Shown here one piece after another: positions 1 through 9,036 of a stretch of 64,000 bases of DNA. The notes below the pieces were generated by a model. That model had not been told where the DNA came from. It saw only the letters and a list, made by a program, of their open reading frames with translations, and did not search any database. Numbering within the stretch: the first letter of the stretch is position 1; each line of letters starts with the position of its first letter. The stretch spans positions 27,643 through 91,642 of the forward strand of contig MEZX01000001.1 of NCBI GenBank assembly GCA_001774395.1, read 5' to 3'. The DNA comes from Candidatus Berkelbacteria bacterium RIFCSPLOWO2_01_FULL_50_28. Its GTDB lineage: Bacteria; Patescibacteriota; UBA1384; 2-12-FULL-50-11. A program made the position numbers and the translations under genes.

Positions 1-197
1 CTACGCGATCCCAAGTTTAGTATCGCCACTTGTTTGGTATAGAGTCTCTGCTTATGCTCTGGGGACAAGAGTATATTCTTTAGCCAAGAGCTGAGCGTAC
101 TTTTAGAAACATCAATTTCTTGTTTTATTTCTCGGTAACTCAACCCTTTCATCCTTAGCTTAATGGCGTCGTCTTTTAGTTGGGGCTTTGCTTTCAT
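1..197 (-). CDS. HTH (+ probably LAGLIDADG-like) tRNA-adjacent protein, N-terminal part only (runs off the window)
   Basis: Manual translation MKAKPQLKDDAIKLRMKGLSYREIKQEIDVSKSTLSSWLKNILLS... aligns with the N-terminus of 32200-32892 (LR.G.....I...L...KSTLS.W); not in the ORF track. Confidence 0.75.
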   Translation of the reverse strand, partial: MKAKPQLKDDAIKLRMKGLSYREIKQEIDVSKSTLSSWLKNILLSPEHKQRLYTKQVAILNLGSR

Positions 198-301
198 ACT
201 TCAATCATAGCATTATGTGGGAGGTGTACTAAGTGCAGTTTATGCCCAGCATCTAATAAGCTATGAATCTTCTTGGTATAATACATAGGAGCTTAATTAC
301 C

Positions 302-373
302 GGGTCGGTAGTTCAGTGGTAGAACAACGGGCTCTTAACTCGTGTGTCGTGGGTTCGATCCCCACCCGACCCA
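302..373 (+). tRNA. tRNA-Lys(CTT)
   Basis: Cloverleaf GGGTCGG...CCGACCC-A, anticodon loop CT-CTT-AA, T loop GTTCGATC; no encoded CCA. Confidence 0.95.
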
Positions 374-572
374 CACTTCGAGTCGCTTCGCTTTAGCCTG
401 AGCTAAAGTCGAAGGCTCCCTCAGTGTAAACTGAGAGGAAGAAGAGACCCGAACTACTCTGAGCGACGAATGAAGTGAGGAGTCGAAGAGCTCCCATGAA
501 GATTCCAGCACAACCCACTTCTCGGCGGGCTCGAAGCAAACTCCTTATTTACGAGAGATTGCCGAGAAACCC
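374..572 (+). repeat. tRNA 3'-associated structured repeat (family A), two units
   Basis: Motifs CTCAGTGTAAACT, ACTCTGAGCGA...GAGTCGAAGAG and CCCACTTCTCG...TCGAAGCAAACT...CGAGAAACC shared with 11146-11266 and 15057-15184. Confidence 0.7.
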
Positions 573-610
573 GTTACCAATTCACTCAATTAACGTATAC
601 TACAAAAAAA

Positions 611-1738
611 ATGACGAATCCTAGTTTGAAGATAGCCGTTAGCGACCAGGTCAGTGATATTCCGGAGATTCCCTACGAGCAACTCGAAAAACTCTGGGAA
701 CGAGAATACAGCCTGTTCACCCTCTCATCTTATCGCGTTGCGCTTGAGATGTACGCCACTCAAATTGACCGTTCTCAATCGCTGTCATTCTTTCTCCTTC
801 TTAATCACGACAATAAAACCTCTGGCTACCGCAGTTTTGAGGAGCAAAACCAAATGGATAAAAACGTCTCCGAGCACCTGATCGCCGATCCGAAATTTCA
901 TGACGCCCTGCTTTCATCCTACGATTCTGAGGGTCAAACCATCGAAAAAATGTTTCAAACCATAAAGACTGCAACGGCCTTCTCCGCTGATTTTGTCCAG
1001 GAGTTTAATACCCACTACGGTAAGCTTTCGGGTTATGTCTTGCCGATTCAGCGTTGTGTAGATTACCTTAAAGATTTCGAAGAGCATCAAACGCTTTTTA
1101 ACGAGCTTGTTGATTTACGAAAGAAGTACGAATATATCTTAGGCGGCGGTGATTTCGATAAGCATGTTCGACTGATGAACGAGAAAATCGTCAAAGACCG
1201 GAAACTAACAATTGATCCGTTATTATTACGCCATCTAGTAGTTGACGAGTACGTAACTTTCCTGAAGGGAGGAGAACTGCCGACTAACTTAGCCAAGCGT
1301 GCCGAACTTTCAGTTCTGGCAATTAGTCCGAGCGGGTTAATTGTTCTGTATGGCAATGCAGCTAAAAAAATATTCTCAACGGTTCAAGAACTAGAAGCAA
1401 AAAATGCTAAACAAACAATTGGCAAAGGGATGCCAGCATATGGTGACCAGGTAATCGGGACGGTTCAGGTTATAAAAGACTTCATCGACCTAAAACAGTT
1501 TGTCGCAGGACGAATCCTGGTTGTTCCATCGACACTGCCAAAGTACGAACAGTACTACAAGAAGGCGAAAGCAATAATTACTGATGAGGGTGGAGTTCTA
1601 TCCCACGCCGCAATTTTTTGTCGGGAATTCAAAATACCTAGCGTTATCGGTACCAAAAACTCAACAAAGATATTAAAAGACGGTATGTCTATTAAGCTTG
1701 ATTGCAAGACCGGTGTGGTTGAGATCCATTGCAACTAG
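611..1738 (+). CDS. PEP-utilizing enzyme mobile (phosphohistidine swivel) domain protein
   Basis: C-terminal ITDEGGVLSHAAIFCREFKIPSVIGTK motif; N-terminal helical region unassigned. Confidence 0.85.
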   Translation: MTNPSLKIAVSDQVSDIPEIPYEQLEKLWEREYSLFTLSSYRVALEMYATQIDRSQSLSFFLLLNHDNKTSGYRSFEEQNQMDKNVSEHLIADPKFHDALLSSYDSEGQTIEKMFQTIKTATAFSADFVQEFNTHYGKLSGYVLPIQRCVDYLKDFEEHQTLFNELVDLRKKYEYILGGGDFDKHVRLMNEKIVKDRKLTIDPLLLRHLVVDEYVTFLKGGELPTNLAKRAELSVLAISPSGLIVLYGNAAKKIFSTVQELEAKNAKQTIGKGMPAYGDQVIGTVQVIKDFIDLKQFVAGRILVVPSTLPKYEQYYKKAKAIITDEGGVLSHAAIFCREFKIPSVIGTKNSTKILKDGMSIKLDCKTGVVEIHCN

Positions 1739-1822
1739 TTAGCCAGTTCTCAAGTATGGCTTTTTGCTACGGCCCTAATTATTGCTCGACAATCTTAGGC
1801 TAAAACATATAATCAGTTAATA

Positions 1823-2674
1823 ATGAGTGAATTTCTTAGGCCAGAGGAGGGCATAAGTAATATTGAGGGTGCTCCAGAACTCAACCTTGAGCGTGAGGAT
1901 TGCGAGAGAACAGCGACGTTCATTAGACACCCAAGTACGCGTCTTGCCGAAGCCATGCAACAGGGGACTATGGAAACTCCCTGGGACGAAATTGAGGACA
2001 AGATTAAGATTCAACGAGGGCCGGGGCACGAGATGTCCAAACTTTTAGCAAATCACCTACTGGAAGAAATACCCCAACTGATTGATGTGAAAGGTAGTGC
2101 AGAAAGTTACATGATCAGCTCCAGTCCCTTACCACGAGCAGAGGCGATCGCGCGCTACGTCAATCAACACATTATCGAAGAACATAAAATGCACCCCGGT
2201 TACCCTCTCCCCATCAACAGGGATGTTCAGCTAAATTCTAATTTCAGAGAAATTCCGATCGGTCACACGAAGGGTCAGCTAGCGGTGATGCTAGGGAAGA
2301 TACAGCAAGAAGGTAAGCCGATAACAGCCATATTGGAAGAATGGTTCAAGTCTGATCCTGAATATATTGCTTCGCTGTTTGAAGAAGGGAGAGTCAGGGT
2401 ATTAGAGGGGCTAGCCCAACTAGAACATTCCCCCGCTTGGATGAACCTAGTTTTTACCCATCGCATGATTACGGGGTTAACGACTTGGCTCATCGAACGT
2501 GAGGATAAGCAACGACCGATCGAAGCGCAGGACTTGCCGGGGATAATGGAACACACACGCATATTAGCCAATACCTCAGAAACGGAAATCGGCTTAAGTA
2601 AGGGCGTGTGGCATGTTTTAAGGCGAGGAGAAACTCCTCATCTAGACGAAAGTTTACGCAAAGGTGTTTTCTAG
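1823..2674 (+). CDS. Histidine phosphatase (phosphoglycerate mutase-like) family protein
   Basis: FIRH, SSPLPRA, FREI and VFTH motifs. Confidence 0.75.
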   Translation: MSEFLRPEEGISNIEGAPELNLEREDCERTATFIRHPSTRLAEAMQQGTMETPWDEIEDKIKIQRGPGHEMSKLLANHLLEEIPQLIDVKGSAESYMISSSPLPRAEAIARYVNQHIIEEHKMHPGYPLPINRDVQLNSNFREIPIGHTKGQLAVMLGKIQQEGKPITAILEEWFKSDPEYIASLFEEGRVRVLEGLAQLEHSPAWMNLVFTHRMITGLTTWLIEREDKQRPIEAQDLPGIMEHTRILANTSETEIGLSKGVWHVLRRGETPHLDESLRKGVF

Positions 2675-2737
2675 GCTTTGGCGAAGATTCTGCGTGTCCT
2701 ACTACATATGGGATTGATTTCCAGGTAGAATTAACCC

Positions 2738-3343
2738 ATGGACTTTTTCGGATCCGGACTAAAAGATCTACTGATCAGCATCGGGCTTTTTGGCGCCTGG
2801 CTGATACTATTTGCCGAATCGGGCTTGCTGATTGGTTTTTTTCTACCCGGCGACAGCTTATTGTTTACCGCCGGCTTGCTCGCTTCACAGGGACACTTTA
2901 GCGTCTGGGTGCTCGCAATCGGAGGGACAATTGCGGCGATTATTGGTAACCAGGTTGGCTATTATCTCGGCCATAAATTCGGTCCGAGGATTTTTCGTCA
3001 TGAAGACTCGGTTTTTTTCCATAAAGACCACATCGAGCGCGCAAAAACGTTTTACGCTAAGTACGGGCCCGTTACGCTGATTCTCTCCCGTTTCACGCCG
3101 ATTATTCGCACGTTTGTGCCGATTTTGGCTGGCGTCGGAGGAATGGATCGAACAAAATTTGCGCTCTATAATATCGTGGGCGGAATTCTCTGGGTCTTTG
3201 GGGTAAGTTTGGCGGGATATTACTTGGGTAAAATCATACCCGATATCGATAAATTTATTCTGCCAATTATTGCAGCAATTGTGCTTTTCTCAGTTCTACC
3301 AACGGTGATAACCTACCTGAAGCACCGCGCCCGAAAAAATTAG
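2738..3343 (+). CDS. dedA: DedA/VTT family membrane protein
   Basis: FAESGLLIGFFLPGDSLLFTAG and RFTPIIRTFVP motifs. Confidence 0.95.
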   Translation: MDFFGSGLKDLLISIGLFGAWLILFAESGLLIGFFLPGDSLLFTAGLLASQGHFSVWVLAIGGTIAAIIGNQVGYYLGHKFGPRIFRHEDSVFFHKDHIERAKTFYAKYGPVTLILSRFTPIIRTFVPILAGVGGMDRTKFALYNIVGGILWVFGVSLAGYYLGKIIPDIDKFILPIIAAIVLFSVLPTVITYLKHRARKN

Positions 3344-3594
3344 CGCGTTGGCAAGGAATTGCTGATGCTGTTCAACCAGTTTCCGATTACTGGAAGACCG
3401 CCGAACTCACGCAAGAGAAATCCAAGTAAGGCAAGAACTATTGCCGCTCCGATCGTCGCCCCCAAACCAGAGGCTAAACCAATTAGAAACCCCCGCCAAA
3501 CAAGTAAGCCGGGACGGTGATAAGCTCTGTCGAGCGCGGTGATAAGCCGCTCAACTCGGTCGACTTTTTCTTTCTGTTCCATTTCATTTAGCAT
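3340..3594 (-). CDS. Small membrane protein (DUF5665-like)
   Basis: GFLIGLASGLGATIG...LPVIG pattern. Confidence 0.65.
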   Translation of the reverse strand: MLNEMEQKEKVDRVERLITALDRAYHRPGLLVWRGFLIGLASGLGATIGAAIVLALLGFLLREFGGLPVIGNWLNSISNSLPTR

Positions 3595-3645
3595 AGCAGA
3601 ACCAGCAATTTGCGCCCAAGGCGAATACTAACTGCACAAAGGGGG

Positions 3646-4125
3646 CTAGTTGCTACGATGAGACCGGATAATCTTTTTTATTATCCGCGTCGTTGAGTTC
3701 ACCTTCTCTCTGGGCACTGTTACAAGTTTTACACCAGACTTTTCAAACTGACCCACATTTTTCTCCCAACGCTTATCAGCAGTTACGAACACATCTGGGC
3801 TCAACAGGCGAATTATCCTGAACGTTGGAAGCGGCTTATTTGGATGTGGTCGCGGCATTCTAACCACATAATCTACAGCTTTCAGCGAATCCATTATTTT
3901 TGCTCGTTCGACTTGATTAATAACTGGCCGGCCCGGACCCTTTAATAATCTTGCCCTCATGTCCGACATTAGTGACACTACTACGACGTCACCGTAGTTG
4001 CGTAACTTTTCGAGGTGACGAATATGGCCATAATGCAGCAAATCAAATGTTCCACCGGTGAGCACTATTTTCCTACTTTCACATTTCTTCCTAAGACTCT
4101 TGAGCTCTGACAGCCTAATTATCAT
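3646..4125 (-). CDS. Cytidylyltransferase-like nucleotidyltransferase (RfaE domain II/TagD-like)
   Basis: GTFDLLHYGH (HxGH), KGPGRP and STTRII motifs. Confidence 0.9.
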   Translation of the reverse strand: MIIRLSELKSLRKKCESRKIVLTGGTFDLLHYGHIRHLEKLRNYGDVVVVSLMSDMRARLLKGPGRPVINQVERAKIMDSLKAVDYVVRMPRPHPNKPLPTFRIIRLLSPDVFVTADKRWEKNVGQFEKSGVKLVTVPREKVNSTTRIIKKIIRSHRSN

Positions 4126-4130
4126 TCCTG

Positions 4131-4204
4131 CGCGCCCGGAGGGAATCGAACCCCCGACCCTCTGTTCCGAAGACAGATGCTCTAATCCGCTGAGCTACGG
4201 GCGC
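4131..4204 (-). tRNA. tRNA-Arg(TCG)
   Basis: Reverse complement GCGCCCGTAGCTCAGCGGATTAGAGCA-TCTGT-CT-TCG-GA-ACAGA...GTTCGATTC. Confidence 0.95.
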
Positions 4205-4314
4205 ATATGTATCGGCTATCAGCAAAAAGCAGTTAGCTGTCAGCAACAAGCCGAGAGCCGCAGGCTGTTAAGCTATTTAGCCCTGCTAATTTTAGTTGAA
4301 AATTAGCAGCTTAT

Positions 4315-5289
4315 CTAGTGGCGGATGATCCTTGGCACGATCTTGCGGTGTTCGTGCAGCGAATCTTGAAGTTTTTCTCTGTCTGGCAAGCCGGCCTCGG
4401 GACCGATTGCACCCACCACGCCAGCCGAGCAAGCGTTGCCCCAACGCATAGCTTCGGTAAGATCTTTGCCGTCCAGTAAGGCCGCCGTAACACCAGAAGC
4501 GTACGCATCACCAGCACCAGTTCGTTCAACAACCTTACTGGGGAATGTTTTGCAAAACAGTAAGTCGCTACCATCAAACGTATAAGCGCCCTTTGGACCG
4601 TCAGTTATCACAACTATCTTTGGCCCCAAGTCGTATAGTGCCTCACAGAGTGACCGAATCTTGGCGCTGGCCGATAACTCTGTTAGATGCTGTGCCTCTT
4701 CCACGTTCACGAACAGTACATCCGTTACGGTCAGGTACGGCATTAACGCTTTCACCCCAGATTTGAGCTGATACGATCCTGGGTTAAAACTAACTTTTGG
4801 ACGATACTTCTTTATAAAGGTAAGGGCCTTGTCGTAAGCTAATTTGTAGGATTTTCCCATACTAGTCAGGTAAACCCAATCAACTGGTTCAAAGTTCGGT
4901 GGATCGTACTGGTGCGGCACGTGGTGAATAAGTAGCGTGCGCTCACCACGAAAAACTAGCGCCGTAGTGTAGGACGTCGTGCCTTTGTAATGTTCGAGGT
5001 AACGCAGGTCGACTCCCTCTTTCTCTAGGGTGTGACGAATTTGGCTGGCCAAAAAATCACTGCCGATAATACTATACAGTTGGCTCGAAAAACCCAGCCG
5101 CGCGAACGAAACCGCGGTGTTGGCGGCGTTGCCGCCGACGTCAAACTCGAGCTGCTCCACGGGAATTTTTTCGGAGAAGTTTAGGCGCAGTTCAGCGTGC
5201 TGATGAGAGAGTGTTACCCTCGCGTCTCCTTCATGGAGCATCACAAACACGTCCATGGTTGCCTCGCCGATTGAAAGGATCTTGCGCAT
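4315..5289 (-). CDS. PfkB family carbohydrate kinase
   Basis: GGNAANTAVSFARLG and TGAGDAY motifs. Confidence 0.92.
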   Translation of the reverse strand: MRKILSIGEATMDVFVMLHEGDARVTLSHQHAELRLNFSEKIPVEQLEFDVGGNAANTAVSFARLGFSSQLYSIIGSDFLASQIRHTLEKEGVDLRYLEHYKGTTSYTTALVFRGERTLLIHHVPHQYDPPNFEPVDWVYLTSMGKSYKLAYDKALTFIKKYRPKVSFNPGSYQLKSGVKALMPYLTVTDVLFVNVEEAQHLTELSASAKIRSLCEALYDLGPKIVVITDGPKGAYTFDGSDLLFCKTFPSKVVERTGAGDAYASGVTAALLDGKDLTEAMRWGNACSAGVVGAIGPEAGLPDREKLQDSLHEHRKIVPRIIRH

Positions 5290-5390
5290 AACTTTATCTT
5301 AACAGACAGCCCAGAGTAATTGAAAAGCGGGGACACTCCATCGCACCTCGTTGTGCAACTTCGTGTTCCCGCTCGGTTCCCTCTGCAAGC

Positions 5391-5879
5391 CTAGTGGGCC
5401 CGCAACCATCTTGGTAGCCATCTGCTACCGATGATCTTGCCCGACAGTCGCCCATCGGGGGCCTCCCACTCAATCACGTCACCAACCGTCCGGCCGATGA
5501 TAGCGGCGAACAACGGCGTATTCCTTGATACGCACGTCACGCCTATAGACTGAGGGGGGCAGCACGGCGCCAGGAGCCTTTCGATGACTTCGGATTTTCC
5601 CCCGAGGGGGTCTTTCACGCGAAGTCTGACGATGTCTCCCAAAACCATGACCTTCTTCGGACGCGGTCGATTCCAGGGCAAGCCCTTCACCCAAGGAACG
5701 AACCTCGTGCCGTCTGCGGCGTCCCAGACCGCAAGGTTGTTGAGTAGCTCCTCCCGTGGGGAGTTGAAAGCTAACTCTTGTTGAATCGCGCTCCGATCGA
5801 CTTCGTTGCTGTCGACCGGTAGTCTTGGCGTCTTTGTCGCCTTTGTTGACAAGCTGGCTATCATCGCCATTGTCGTCAT
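5391..5879 (-). CDS. GreA/GreB C-terminal domain protein (Rnk-like)
   Basis: VSRNTPLFAAIIGRTVGDVIEWEAPDG; no N-terminal Gre coiled coil; GGAGG upstream. Confidence 0.7.
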   Translation of the reverse strand: MTTMAMIASLSTKATKTPRLPVDSNEVDRSAIQQELAFNSPREELLNNLAVWDAADGTRFVPWVKGLPWNRPRPKKVMVLGDIVRLRVKDPLGGKSEVIERLLAPCCPPQSIGVTCVSRNTPLFAAIIGRTVGDVIEWEAPDGRLSGKIIGSRWLPRWLRAH

Positions 5880-6012
5880 TCCCTATCCTCCATTTTTCCC
5901 GCGCTTCCTGCGCAGGAGTGCGCCAGCTAGAGCTGGAAGATATATTAAAGCATATAAACTGCTCGTTTTCCAGCTTAATCTTTGGGGCTTTCTCTGGTAA
6001 AATAGCAGGTAT

Positions 6013-6084
6013 GGTGGCTATGGTGTAGCGGCAACACGAGAGGTTGTGGTCCTCTAATCATGGGTTCAACTCCCGTTAGCCACC
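6013..6084 (+). tRNA. tRNA-His(GTG)
   Basis: G-1 plus GTGGCTA...TAGCCAC-C; anticodon arm AGAGG-TT-GTG-GT-CCTCT. Confidence 0.93.
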
Positions 6085-6221
6085 CAAATTAAGTTTGATT
6101 ACGAGCAAATGGAGTTTGCGAGGAATGCCGGAGCAACGCGACGGATATTCTTCTCAGGTACCCAAAAAAAGAAGCCCGCCCTCATCACAGCTCTGTGAAT
6201 CGGGCGAGCGAAGTAGTCCAG

Positions 6222-7496
6222 CTACGGACAGCCCTCAGCGATCTGGTTGATGATCGAGAGAGCAGCGGCGTTTTTCGAGCGGAGACACTCGAGACGTTCG
6301 CCACCGAGTTGGCCGATAACCGTTTGGAATAGGCTGAAGAGGGCTTCTTCCTCTTCCAGCAGTATCCCAATTGCCTTGCGGGCTTCGGGACGATGAAGCG
6401 GGACGATCCCCGAATCACCTAGCCATCGGTTGTTAAGCGCGCTGCGCACTTTGCGCATGAATGCCAGCCGCTCCAAAGCGTTCCGGAACATTTCCTGCCC
6501 GAGAACGCCGGCAGCAATGCCGTCAGCGGTCAGCTCGAGCTCTTCGAACATCGTCGCTTGACCAGCAACTTCCTCCAGCCAAACGTGCAGGTGCGATTTG
6601 AACTGAGCGACGTTTTTCATCGCCGCCTCACTCGCCGATAAAGCAAGCAGAATGCGATTAATCTCGTCCTCGGTCCGCCTTTCACCATCGGCTTTTGGCT
6701 TCTCGCGAAGCGTCCGTTGAATCATCGTGAGCTCCAACGCACAGCCCCACTTGAATGCCCCCGCTTCCACCGAATGCTGGATGATCCTGGGCAAGTCGCA
6801 GAACTTCAGCGAGTCTCGAACCATATCAGGCTTGATCTGAAGCCGCCTGGCAAACTCACTCACGGTGATCACGGCTCCATCTTCCAGACACTCAAGGTCA
6901 TACAGCCCCTTGATCGCTTTCGCCTGAACTGGGCGAGAGACGCCCTCCCGGTTTAGGTTCTCCTCGAGCTGCAGGCCGACTCCCCTTTGCGGCAGTATGC
7001 CCTGATACATCCGAGCCGGTACACCGTTCGGAAACTGCCGAGCGAAGCACTCTTCGCCAGAAACTTCCCCGTACGCCTGGCGATAGGCTTCGGATCCTTC
7101 CGCTTTCAACAGCAGTAAGCTTCTCATCCTTCGATGACCCGCCACAAGAACGTAGTACTTTCCACCATCATATGGTTTGAAATTCTCGAGCTCGTGGCCT
7201 CCGTCCCCGTTGAAGATCTTCTCCACCAACTGTTTGTACTCGAGAACCATCTTCCGGCTCCAGACACAAACGGTTAACGGAGTCAGTAAGTCGTTGCTAG
7301 CGATACTATCAGCTAGCTCAGGGATACCCTCGTATTCTTCGCCTTCGCAATCGCGAACTTGGCGGAAAATACAGAGCTTGGCAATGTCGACAAATCCCGC
7401 CTCACCGCGAACGATTGTTCCAGCGTTTTGCACGTAGCACCTCCACAATTTAAGGTCCGAACGAAAAAGCACGGCCCCCTTAACTTCTGTATGCAA
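6222..7496 (-). CDS. ParB/Spo0J N-terminal domain protein
   Basis: LADSI...LLTPL, LVAGHRRMR (GxRR) and EENLNRE motifs, followed by an HTH-like region. Confidence 0.8.
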   Translation of the reverse strand: MHTEVKGAVLFRSDLKLWRCYVQNAGTIVRGEAGFVDIAKLCIFRQVRDCEGEEYEGIPELADSIASNDLLTPLTVCVWSRKMVLEYKQLVEKIFNGDGGHELENFKPYDGGKYYVLVAGHRRMRSLLLLKAEGSEAYRQAYGEVSGEECFARQFPNGVPARMYQGILPQRGVGLQLEENLNREGVSRPVQAKAIKGLYDLECLEDGAVITVSEFARRLQIKPDMVRDSLKFCDLPRIIQHSVEAGAFKWGCALELTMIQRTLREKPKADGERRTEDEINRILLALSASEAAMKNVAQFKSHLHVWLEEVAGQATMFEELELTADGIAAGVLGQEMFRNALERLAFMRKVRSALNNRWLGDSGIVPLHRPEARKAIGILLEEEEALFSLFQTVIGQLGGERLECLRSKNAAALSIINQIAEGCP

Positions 7497-7556
7497 TTAA
7501 TAAAATCACCTGTCAAATTTTGTAAAAATTGTGCCAGCAGGGGTTGCCTGCCGGCA

Positions 7557-8771
7557 CTAAGTTGCCTCCTCCGCCAGTGCGGAAGTGGTTTCGGACGTCT
7601 CGTCCAACACCAGCTCAACGAGCGAAGGGTCAACGTAGCCGTTGAAATACTCCGCGCCGAGTAACTCAATCTGAGTGTCCCTGGCTTCTTGTCGCCTAAT
7701 GGCCCTTGCCTTGACGATCGCGTGCCCACCGAAGTTTCTCGGCTTCGGAACAAAGTCCTTAACCAGAAAGCCGGGGTCACTGTCCGTTAGGTCGGCTAGA
7801 TCAACTGCAGGGTGACTTTCACTCCGCCCCCACTGCATCGAGGCAAGGCGCCCCGAAGCGCTGCCAGTGAGACGTCGCTCCAAACTGTAGTTAGCCGGAA
7901 CAACCCTTTGGCAAACTTCGAAAGCTGGACAGTAAGCCTTGCAATAACGACGAAACTTGACAGCATCATTACGCGGTCGTCGTCGGCAGATAACCGCACC
8001 GATGCGCCACAAGGCCTGACCAACCGCGTGATGCTCGATACCTTCCTCGTAACAGATCTGGCAAAGCGTGTCCGAGATCGGCCCGCTGATGGCGGTGTGA
8101 ATGTCTGTATCCCAGCTGGTTATGTAACCGAACTGGTAAACAAGCCGCATCAACCACAGATCCACCGCAATTGCGGGAATCGTCCGAATGTAGTGCCAAC
8201 GCTCCAAGTCATCCGACCAGTTAACCTCCTGAAACCACTGGATAATCAACTGGGCAATCTTGGGGCCAACGCCAGGCAGATCGTCAAGGCGCCCTATCAG
8301 CTTCTTTCGATCAACGATCGGGTCGGCGCTGTAATCGAGCGTTAGGAAGATGTGGCGCCAATCACCGGCGTAGCGTTCCCTAATTATCTGCAAAGCGTCA
8401 AACCACATTGTGATGGGCTTGTACAAGTTCTCCTTATCCCGGCTGGAGTACGGGATGAACTGATACAGAAAGGTAAACTCAGATCGATCTTGGCTCTTTG
8501 GGTGACGCGGATCGAAGACCCACGGACACTCGGTTGCAAGATGCGAGGCGTACTTGGCCAACATCTCCCCGTCCATGCCGTTTCTTTGCAACCAGCCAGC
8601 AAACCCCAGGAAAAGGGCGTGCTCCAGGCTGCCATAGGCTAATTGTTCAGGGAAATGGAACTGCTCCGGCGGCAGATGGTTAAACGGCGGTTGACGGTTC
8701 AAATACATTGATGCCAGCCGACGAATATCTTTCGCGATTAGATCGCGGTCAAAACCCAGGTTAGCTGGCAT
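7557..8771 (-). CDS. HhH-GPD superfamily DNA glycosylase-like protein with Fe-S type Cys cluster
   Basis: LPGVGPKIA HhH motif, AVD aspartate, C-x14-C-x3-C-x5-C. Confidence 0.8.
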   Translation of the reverse strand: MPANLGFDRDLIAKDIRRLASMYLNRQPPFNHLPPEQFHFPEQLAYGSLEHALFLGFAGWLQRNGMDGEMLAKYASHLATECPWVFDPRHPKSQDRSEFTFLYQFIPYSSRDKENLYKPITMWFDALQIIRERYAGDWRHIFLTLDYSADPIVDRKKLIGRLDDLPGVGPKIAQLIIQWFQEVNWSDDLERWHYIRTIPAIAVDLWLMRLVYQFGYITSWDTDIHTAISGPISDTLCQICYEEGIEHHAVGQALWRIGAVICRRRPRNDAVKFRRYCKAYCPAFEVCQRVVPANYSLERRLTGSASGRLASMQWGRSESHPAVDLADLTDSDPGFLVKDFVPKPRNFGGHAIVKARAIRRQEARDTQIELLGAEYFNGYVDPSLVELVLDETSETTSALAEEAT

Positions 8772-8871
8772 TGTCTTGAACCTCCTTCAAAAGATGTACA
8801 CGGTTTTAGCCGCCCCCGCAGTATACACAGGCAAAACCTGATTGGAAGTCTCTCTCGGCTTGTTGTGACCC

Positions 8872-8899
8872 TTGACAGACTATGTTCGACTGGTAAACT
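8872..8899 (+). promoter_or_regulatory. sigma70-type promoter for the LysM-CHAP gene
   Basis: TTGACA-16 nt-TAAACT with extended TG. Confidence 0.6.
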
Positions 8900-9036
8900 A
8901 ATACTCGTCTTTCAAAAGGAGGACTATAAAGTCTTCAAAACGATTTATAAGAGACACTGCAAATCAGTTCGGTAAATTTATAGTAAAAAATCTTTCTGCG
9001 GCCCGTAGACAACTCAAACCGCTCAGGGCACTATTT

